Below are positions 54,864 through 64,000 of a DNA stretch of 64,000 bases, in pieces (position 1 is the first letter of the stretch; each line of letters starts with the position of its first letter). The notes beneath the pieces are model-generated. The model did not search any database. It was not told the DNA's origin and was given only the letters and a program-made list of their open reading frames with translations. This stretch comes from Antedon mediterranea (Eukaryota; Animalia; Echinodermata), in the NCBI RefSeq assembly GCF_964355755.1, contig NC_092680.1:4154001-4218000 (forward strand), read 5' to 3'. The position numbers and the translations under genes were made by a program.

Positions 54864-54904
54864 TTGCAGAGCTTTCGAGCAACACTAACCCTTCATCAGT
54901 GCAA
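54864..54904 (-). ncRNA. Minimal type I hammerhead ribozyme motif (Penelope-like element type)
   Basis: The minus strand reads TTGCA-CTGATGA-AGGGTTAGTGTTGCTC-GAAA-GC-TC-TGCAA: intact core boxes, perfect 5-bp helix I, helix II GGGU/GCUC, and palindromic AGCT in place of helix III. Confidence 0.6.
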
Positions 54905-55179
54905 GCAATATTATGAATGTTTGTTTTATCATGATCCGAATAATGGTTAAAGATTTTGTGGTTAGGTGCTATTAACTACGGAGGTCTTAATTAATGTGGA
55001 GGTGTAACTTGTATGTTACAATCCCCATCATCATCCCGTTGCATGTGCCTTACAGTTTTTATCACTGACAAATTGGGTTCTGGGATGATGGTTAAACAAT
55101 TTACGCAAATTAATAGATTATGGATAAAATAAATGATACATAAATCTTTTATATGTTTTCAAATCCATTCATCATTTTG

Positions 55180-55665
55180 TCCCCAGCGTATATTTCAGAG
55201 TTATTAAAGTTTCGCTCGGCGACCTGTACTCGTTCCCTTCGGTCAACGTCTCACTCAACCACTCTTGACTATCCACGGTGTAGGTTGAAGTCATGGGGAG
55301 CGATCTTTCGTGGTCACTGCTCCAAAATTGTGGAACTCTTTGCCTTTGGTGATTCGTGAGTCTCCCCTCCGTTTCAATCTTCAAAGTTCACTTGAAGACT
55401 CACTTGTTTCGTTCTGTGTGAATTATTATTTTTTTCTTTCATTCTATTGTTTGTTAGGCAGGATAGTCAGTGCTCACATCATTAAGATACTTGTGAATAA
55501 ATAGCTAGCTTGTCTTGACAAGTTACTGAAACAGACTTTTTTCTGTTGTTTTTATTCGGTTTATTAAGATTTCCTGGTTCGTTTTCATAAGTTTTTTCTT
55601 CTTTTTTTGTGCTTAACAGCGCATAGAGCATATTTGTATTTTGCGCTATATGAATGTAAAACCAT
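55180..55665 (+). mobile_element. Degenerate L2-clade LINE 3' fragment
   Basis: PAYISELL..RSLRS..P..RLKSWG(D)RSF..APKLWNSLP..IRES..LKTHLF across frameshifts. 3' AGCGCA..TGCGCTATA stem-loop near 55618-55650. Confidence 0.72.
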
Positions 55666-57547
55666 TAAACCATAATGAAGCTACAATGATGTGATGTCCA
55701 TTCATTTTTTTCAGTCGGTCTCTATTTTTTGTATGCATAATTAATTTATTTTGCAATAACAGCATTATTTATTACGGCCAGCACCAACTGGTATGAATTA
55801 AAAAAATAAAATTCACTTGCGGTTGACTCCACTTCCTAATATAATCCAATATACAATTTCAAATCTTTCCGTTACGGAGCTTTTTCCTTAAAGATATTCC
55901 CATTTTAAATTCAATACCATTCTATTTTTAACCCTAAAGTATATATAAACCCAAGTGCCCAGAGATAAGACAATCCAACAATCTAAGAACGTCGGTAAGG
56001 AACACAACATTAAATACCAATATTGTCTCATAGGAACGGAGATAGAAACTGTTAACCAATACTTTAGACAAAAGGTAAGTTTTAATCTTTTTGGAATACT
56101 TCCTATGTTGTCTCTCATGTCATCCATTTGCGCTCTCTGTTCATCGCTTTAGCCATATATTTATGATGGAGGAAATGTATAGACTTTTAATGATACAGAT
56201 ACATTCCAACTAAGATATAGAAATAGTACTTTTTATTCGTCAAACATGTAAAGAACATTATTGACAAGTAGACCTAAACATACACATTTTTGCAACATTT
56301 AAAATACCGAATTAAAAAGTTATCTAAAATGCCAAAATTAAATGTATGGTGGTGTATTTGTTAGTAGTAAACAAAAGTGCCAATAAATTGAAATGATTAT
56401 TTTTATTCATATCTATATTGATGCTTAGTAAAACCTCAAAATTTATTTATTTATTTGTTTAAATATGACCAGTGGACAAAAACCAGATAAAATAGGAATT
56501 GCAAAATTGCCAGCTGTTGTGAAATTACTTTTTTTAAATGTATTTGTATTATTTGTTCGTCTTCAATACCATTACAAACTTTTTTGTTGTAAAACGTTAT
56601 ACTCTTCGGGTTCAGTTTGTGGTTATGTTTGCGTTCCAAACATATGGGATGAAACCCGGATATTTCTCTTAAAATCCGCTTGTAAACGTCACAATCCCTT
56701 GATATTTGTACAAACATCGTGAAAGGCTTAGGACAATAACCGAATGTCATGAGATCAGAGAAATTTTATCCCCCAAGGCTGGAATTGTGTTGGGAAAAAA
56801 ATCCCGGGAACAGTCTATTTCGGTAAAATACTAAATTCTTTGACTATTTCGAGTTTTACTGCAATTGCCGATTTTGCCACAAAGCAGAAATTGAAACTAC
56901 TGGTATACGGTCAACCATGCGTGTAATTTATTATTTTCTACTATTGTAACGTTTCACTATCGGCACAGTTGACCGTTGGATGTAGTGCTCTGTATCGATA
57001 TGCAATGTTATACAACCGGTTGTACTGTACATGCAATAACATCGGAACGTATAAGCTCACATTATTCGTTCAATTGATTGTTCATGTCTTTCATGAAAAT
57101 ATTAATTAAAAGATATGACAAATATTTGAATTAAAATATACCCGTCCCAGTTGGAGACGCATATTTTGGTCGTTGTTGAATCTAAGACGACGGATAATTT
57201 CACATGCAATAAAACCTTCCTAGAAGTGCAATTCCGGTCATGTTGATATCCCATGTGTGAACGTATGCAAAATAAAACATGTGTATAAAACGCTCTCTCC
57301 TATAAAGACTACCATACAATGTACCAAACGTTCAATAAATAAATTATTTGTCTTTTAATATATTTTAAAAAGTATGGATATGATATGTAGGCCTAGAGAA
57401 TTTTAGAAAGATATCAATCTAATCCACTGGACTTTACCTGGATGAATTATAATAGGCCTATTCATATCCGTATAATGTAGAGCATCTTTTTTTTTTTTTT
57501 TTAATATAACAGTTCTTTTATAAACTTTCTTCTATTTAAACAGAAAG

Positions 57548-58168
57548 ATGCACGGAAAATCAGGAGCAACAGCTATAATTAGCATAACTACCTGTATGAT
57601 GCTGTTTTACTTCACATCTTCACATGCAAATCCACTGCGTTCAAAACGTGCAGACAGCAATAACTCTATGTACAATGCAAACGCATCTTGTCACAATGTA
57701 TCGTCTGATGCGCAGTCAATTAACTTTTATCCAAATACGGACATTCTCCGTCTTCACGCATTTGATTATACCCTACTTGCAAATGATGTAAGTTCCAATC
57801 ACTCGAACGCAACGACGACGCAATCTTGCCCGTATGGTCAACCACCATCGTCACCCAGCATACAAGATGCAGGGTTATGTCCATTCGAATTTTACACTGA
57901 ATATAAAAAAGATCGTATTCCAGCTACAATAACGAAGGCTAGGTGCTTGCCGTGCAGTACGTGTATCGATCCGTTCACAAATGCCGCTTCTTCTACGTTA
58001 CGATGCCAGCCCGTTACGTACACGTTTACTGCGTTGAAACGCGTCAGTTGTGATAGTAACGCGTTCCATTATCAAGAGTACACCGAAGAGGTTCAAGTGG
58101 CGTGTATGTGTAGCAGACGCGTGAATACAAATACAGGGTCTATCAATTATCAAGGCAGAGAAAATTAA
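57548..58168 (+). CDS. IL-17-like cytokine C, 206 aa, single coding exon
   Basis: ORF preceded by a polypyrimidine tract and CAG acceptor (57541-57543). Signal peptide followed by RSKR; domain SIQDAGLCPFEFYTEYKKDRIPATITKARCLPCSTCID..LRCQPVTYTFTALKRVSC..YQEYTEEVQVACMC, a canonical invertebrate IL-17. Confidence 0.93.
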   Translation: MHGKSGATAIISITTCMMLFYFTSSHANPLRSKRADSNNSMYNANASCHNVSSDAQSINFYPNTDILRLHAFDYTLLANDVSSNHSNATTTQSCPYGQPPSSPSIQDAGLCPFEFYTEYKKDRIPATITKARCLPCSTCIDPFTNAASSTLRCQPVTYTFTALKRVSCDSNAFHYQEYTEEVQVACMCSRRVNTNTGSINYQGREN

Positions 58169-59137
58169 CAAGTATTCTGCAATAGGCCCATGGGAAAGAA
58201 AAATAATATCAGCGTATTCATTCGGTATATACAGATACATTGATAGAATGTGTTGCAATACTCAATTTCATTTATTATATATAATTATAATATTTCATTA
58301 ATTCGGTTTCAGAATCAACAATATGATATTTAATAAAATATTGTTAATTAATATACTACTTATATTAAGTAATGGATATTAATACACGTTTACACTAGTG
58401 AGCTATTATTTATTGTTATATGTTATACATATTTAATATGTTATATTTATTATGCCTACGTCACAAAAGTGAATATATTTATTAGATTGTATATAATAGA
58501 TTTATAATCTTAATTAATGAAGATTTAATATTAAACAACAAAGTCGGATTATAATAATCCAAATGTGTTTTTATAAATAAGTTAAGTAACATCCACATTT
58601 TTTTTTGTCTATTTTTCTATAGGCCTATAGAAAGTATAGTTATTGTATTGTATTTATTACAAATATTACATATTTAACAGATTAAATTTTTTACGCTATA
58701 CCAACAATAATATACCTAAAAACTGTGGTGTTTCTAACAAACTTATTAAACTTTAAAGTATTCAAGTTTCGGATTACATTAATCCACTGTATTAATACGA
58801 ATATTATATAATGAATGATAATGTTTCACATCAGTCTATTACTTATAGAGTTACCTTTTAGATTTAGATATATAATTATGTTTTATTATTTATTTTAATT
58901 AATAATAATTTAAATTAGAAATAAATAGCAGAGCTTTCTGGCAACACTAGTATAGCCCTTTCTAAGTGCATGTGAGAGTACTATAAGGTATAAGTCAAAA
59001 TGTAGCCGTAATCTATCATATTTATTTTTTATATGTAAAATGTCATAGAGCTATTAAACATTATTTATAATTACATTATTTGTGTCATGTATTACTATGA
59101 CTTCAGTATTATTGTATTTATTTCAAGTATGAAGAGG

Positions 59138-59856
59138 AAAAGCTCGGTTCCCAATAGGACGCAACGCAATGACGTAAGCCGCAACTCAAGCGATTGGCCA
59201 ATCACATGCGATATTTAAGTTCAACTGTCGTCGATTGAGTTGCGGTTAACGTCCTTGCTTTGCGTCTAGTGGGAACCAATCTTAAGCAATACTTCGAATA
59301 ACCCATTGTTTGTGATTGGTAAAATAATTTCCGTTGCTACGTATTTGTGTCCTACAATGACAGTGGGACCAAGCTTTATTTACTCGAGCGTAGCAAATAC
59401 ACGTTTCATTAATGCTTGGTTCCCACTAGAGACGCAACACAAGGACGTAACGAAACGTAAGTGAGTTGACCAATCGCATTCAAACTGTCGCTTGTCATTG
59501 GTCAAAACGATTGCGTTTACGTCCTTGTGTTGCGTCCTAGTGGAAACAAATCTTAAGATTTAATGACGAAATAGCGTACCATCATCCTTCGATTTAGGAA
59601 ATGACTTAGTTGTTATGATTGGCTGACGTGGTTCTCTCTAAAGCTTGGTTCCCACTAGAACGTAACGCAAGGACGTAAACGCAACGCAAGCATTTTAACC
59701 AATGAAAAGCGAAGTTATAGACAGTTAGCAATCACAAGCGAATAAGCCATCGCTTGTGATTGGTCAATTCACTTGCGTTGCGTTACGTTACGTCCTTGCG
59801 TTGTGTCGCTAGTGGGAACCACGCTTTAGTTCAGTTAAGCGTGGTTCCCACTAGTG
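59138..59856. mobile_element. Cluster of three full and further partial GGTTCCCACTAG-family MITEs
   Basis: Hairpin copies at ~59138-59284, 59410-59556 and 59639-59828, plus partial ends at ~59310-59378 and 59836-59856. Confidence 0.82.
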
Positions 59857-60529
59857 ACGAAATTTTTCATTCAACTGTGTTTAAGTTAAATAAATGTGAA
59901 AGCATAACCTAACATGTATTAACAACGTATACAATCTCCTATGAATTACTTCAACTAAATGTAATATTAAACGTATTTTATATATTAACTAAAATAAATA
60001 CCCGCCTCAGTAGAGTAAAACCTTCCAAGTACAAAGCCCGCCAAAAACGCAATTCCACCCCCGAGCCCAACATGTACAGTCCCATTCCACCCCAAACAAA
60101 AAGTAGTTTAAAACCTTCCCAGTAGACCAACAATTGCGGTCATTTTGATACAACCCCATGCATGTATGTATAAGTTGCATATATACTTCTATGGTTTCAT
60201 TTTTAGGATCCCGATTTTAAATTGCGAAAACAGAGGCGTCATCACAAAACAAAGATTTACTAGCATCCTTTGTCGCTAATTTGAAATGGTGGCCAAACGA
60301 ACTACTGACGTAAAACGGGTGTGTCTTGTCCGGTTTGTTTTCTTTTATTATATGGGTCTTTTTAATGTTTTACTCATTGGTTATTTTTAGATCCTTATAG
60401 GTCACTTTGGGAATGAACCTTATTTATATTATCTTATTTAATCCTTTTTTGATGACCGGATAGCAATTTCAGTAACGTATTAGTACTGGTTTTTAAAATG
60501 TCAGTATGTCCTCCTTATAAAATGAGTTT

Positions 60530-61350
60530 TAAAAAATATTCTTATTACGAAAGTTCTAATAAAAATTGTTCTTATATTATATATTCTTATTAAGCATGTC
60601 TTTATAAAAATTGTTCTTATAATATATATGCTTATTAAGTATGTTCTTATAAAAATTGTTCTTATATTATATATTCTTATTACGTATGTTCTTATAAAAA
60701 TTGTTCTTATATTATATATTCTTATTAAGTATGTTCTTATAAAAATTGTTCTTATATTATATATGCTTATTAAGTATGTTCTTATAAAAATTGTTTTTAT
60801 ATTATATATTCTTATTAAGTATGTTCTTATAAAAATTGTTCTTATATTATATATGCTTATTAAGTATGTTCTTATAAAAATTGTTTTTATATTATTTCTT
60901 ATTAAGTATGTTCTTATAAAAATTGTTCTTATATTATATATTCTTATTAAGTATGTTCTTATAAAAATTGTTCTTATATTATATATGCTTATTAAGTATG
61001 TTCTTATAAAAATTGTTTTTATATTATATATTCTTATTAAGTATGTTCTTATAAAAATTGTTCTTATATTATATATTCTTATTAAGTATGTTCTTATAAA
61101 AATTGTTCTTATATTATATATTCTTATTAAGTATGTTCTTATAAAAATTGTTCTTATATTATATATTCTTATTAAGTATGTTCTTATAAAAATTGTTTTT
61201 ATATTATATATTCTTATTAAGTATGTTCTTATAAAAATTGTTCTTATATTATATATTCTTATTAAGTATGTTCTTATAAAAATTGTTCTTATATTATATA
61301 TACTTATTACGTATGTTCTTATAAAAATTGTTCTTATATTATATATTCTA
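60530..61350 (+). repeat. 45-bp AT-rich minisatellite, about 18 copies, with degenerate extension to ~62010
   Basis: Unit ATTAAGTATGTTCTTATAAAAATTGTTCTTATATTATATATTCTT. It accounts for the repetitive ORFs on both strands. Confidence 0.95.
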
Positions 61351-62927
61351 AAGTATGCTTTCACAAAATGTTTCTTATTAAAGTGTGTTCTTATAATAGC
61401 CTATACACAAAGTATTTCCTTGTAAATGATTGCTAATTGTTTTTAAAGTGTGTTTATAAAATTATAAATTAAGTTTTTATAAATTCTTATCATAAAGTGT
61501 TTTCATATAACTGTTCTTAAAGTATATTATAAGGTGTGTTCTTATAAAATGTATATTCAAAAATTATTTTATTATAAAGTTTGTCCTTATATAAATGTAT
61601 ATTTATATAATATGTGTTCTTTTAAAAAGTTCTTATTGTTCTTGCTCTTATATAAGAGATATAAAGTGAGTTCTTAATTCTAAAGTCTGTGTTCTATGTT
61701 CTTTATAGTATTTTCTTAAAATAATAAATTCTTATTATAAACCTCATATAACTGTACTTGGTATTTTCTTATAAGGTGACGTGTTCTTATAAAATGTATA
61801 TTAAACATATTATAAAGTTTGTTTTTATATAAATGTATCTTATAAATGTGTTCTTATAAAAAGAATGCGTTCTTATAAGAGTATATATAAAGTGTGTTCT
61901 TAAAAGTTAGTTCTTATTTCTAAAGTCTGTGTTCTTATGTTTTTTATAGTGCGTTCTTATAATAAATATGTTCTTATAAAAGTGTGTTCTTATATACTAC
62001 AGCGTGCCAGAACTTATAAAAATAAGGTGTGTGATGGTCCTGTGAAATCGTTGACTTTTGACCAGCATCCATCATATTGTGTTATGCTGTATATTCATTT
62101 AAGGCTATCTATGGTTAATTGTATAAATAAAACGATAATTTGACGTCAGCAACATTACTTAAAACATGGAAAACAGGATTTTTCTTCATATACATGTATA
62201 TGTATAAACAAATATCATATTAGTTTAGTTAACCTGTTAATAATAATAAGTCAAAGTCAGAAGTCAATGTCAAAATTAGCACAGATATTCATAAGTAACT
62301 AAGCTGTGTAGCCTTTTATGGCATTCATCATGCGTAGACGTTTCCGATTGAACTTTGACTCTCACGAAGGGAAATTCCCTTTTAACTTCCAATGTCAAAA
62401 CAGAATAAGTGTGGGTGTAATGAACCGAAAACAGTTTCCTACTTTAAAAATAACTTAATAGGCCTGAATAAAGACTTTGCTTTTATTTAAAGAAAATATA
62501 AATAGAATTTTGCATAATGGCATTAATCGGATTAAGTGAGTGGAACCCAGTTTTCGACTAGCTTCAAACATTTTTTCCTATAATATTAACAATTTCATAA
62601 TAATTATACAATAATTAACACTTCTATAGTCAACATAGAAAGAAATATTTTCCATTACTAAATCTGCATTTTACAGCGAATAAATCTAAAAAGATTGCAT
62701 AAAAAAGCAAAAGTGTTAATATTTTATTTTCAAGAAACCTACATTATTGTATAAATACAATTATTTATATAAATAAAATATTACTCTGTATAATATATTA
62801 TAAATTGTTTACTATCACTATTTTAACTATAATAAATATTAGAATTATTATAATATATGAAAATAAGTTTAGGTATGAGATTAAATTGATGAATAATGGA
62901 ATGAACAAAACAAACCACCAATATTTT

Positions 62928-63112
62928 AAACTACTATTACTATCACTGCCACCACCACTACCCATACCACTACTACCAACTACTACTACCACTAACACTT
63001 CCACCACAAGCACCTAAACCACAACCACTACCACTTCCACCACCACCTAAACCACCACCACTACACTGATACCACTACCACTACTACCACTACAACTACC
63101 ACCGCCACCTAA
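62928..63112 (+). repeat. Imperfect (CAC/TAC)n trinucleotide repeat
   Basis: ACCACCACTACC-type runs. Confidence 0.85.
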
Positions 63113-63779
63113 ACCTTAACGGGACACCTCTTAAGGGAACAACAAACCTTAAAGGAACACCTCTTAAGGAGACAACTAATATATAAATCTTAAGGGGACC
63201 CCTTCTTTAAAGGGACACTGTGTTGGGTACTGAAGGTGTCCCAATAATAACGAGGAATTAATTAATCTATGCTCCTAACTAATATGATACGGTACACATA
63301 ATATATTATGATAATTATAATAATATAATATTATGTAATGTATTAGCATTCAGTCTGCTATACAAATGATCTAAAACGTAAAGAACAATAAAAATCCCTT
63401 AAACAAAAAAGTCCCTTTTAGGTAAACATCACTTTCTTTTTATTTTCTTGAATCCAATTCTGTTCCTTAGTTCCTTATTTTGTATAATACATTGAGGGCG
63501 CTGTTTATATCCTTATATAAAATATTATATTATTCAACACACAAACAAGGAAACAAATGGAAAAAAATAATACAGATGATCTCATTAGTGTAAGGTAAAT
63601 TCTAAAAATAGTTTTAGGGAAACCTCATTGAGTTTGTTATAAATACTAAGCGTGTCCATAGACATTCATTCAAACAGCATTCACATACAGACTTGGTATA
63701 ACAATTCTAGTCCTGAACTATAATTGAAAACATTAATTTTTATTTATTTAACTGTACAGTGAATAGGCATAGAGGCAAT

Positions 63780-64000
63780 ATGAATTCAATGGATATTCTC
63801 AAGCTGGTATTATGTACTTTGGTATTCAACATGGCAATGGTGAGCGGCAACCCGCTATCATCTAGACTAAGACGATCAATTTCTTCGACTGCGAATCAGG
63901 ACGGGCCTTACAGTACTTGTTCGAATACTACCTCATTAGAGCGAACAATGTACTATCCACAAACAACTATTATTCCTGTACATGCGTTTGATGTTAGTTT
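63780..64000 (+). CDS. IL-17-like cytokine D, paralog of C, truncated by window end (absent from the ORF track)
   Basis: ATG at 63780 after an acceptor at 63759. Translation MNSMDILKLVLCTLVFNMAMVSGNPLSSRLRRSISSTANQDGPYSTCSNTTSLERTMYYPQTTIIPVHAFDVS aligns to gene C (NPLRSKR..SCHNVSS..FYPNTDILRLHAFDY). Probable TATA at 63514, with a 5' exon ending at a donor at 63595. The IL-17 domain itself lies beyond the window. Confidence 0.8.
   Translation, partial: MNSMDILKLVLCTLVFNMAMVSGNPLSSRLRRSISSTANQDGPYSTCSNTTSLERTMYYPQTTIIPVHAFDVS

Noticed and set aside
58260-58620. AU-rich destabilising elements in the IL-17-like C 3' UTR
   Set aside because: ATTTA motifs are present and biologically plausible, but cannot be distinguished from the very AT-rich background by eye.
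60501-61425. Long ORFs of 287 and 265 aa on opposite strands
   Set aside because: They are translations of a 45-bp tandem repeat with no protein-like complexity.

Overview
AT-rich, intron-containing animal genomic DNA; gene content and repeat types suggest an invertebrate deuterostome such as an echinoderm (inference). Manual splicing gives four components. (1) The 3' nine exons of a DEG/ENaC/ASIC-family channel (+, 1124-8890), which carries an unusual ~170-aa acidic insertion in the knuckle region. (2) A complete NSMCE1 (-, 10180-13529) and a complete VPS28 (+, 14465-23430), arranged head-to-head around a short E2F/ETS-containing promoter flanked by CTAG/AGGCCT-palindrome-rich tracts. (3) A same-strand cluster of at least four divergent IL-17-like cystine-knot cytokine genes (34794-37956, 39883-42146, 57548-58168, 63780->end) amid repeated NF-kB and CRE/AP-1 motifs. 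One member has lost both cysteines of one canonical disulfide, one has extra cysteines, and two have furin-type pro-sites; there is also a possible decayed cystine-knot exon at ~26.8 kb. (4) Many repeats: CR1/L2 LINE 3' fragments (one with an 11-bp TSD), SINEs, several MITE families, tandem repeats, and Penelope-type minimal hammerhead ribozyme motifs. Most ORFs in the supplied track are spurious or partial exons. All assignments come from reading motifs by eye; no database search was run.
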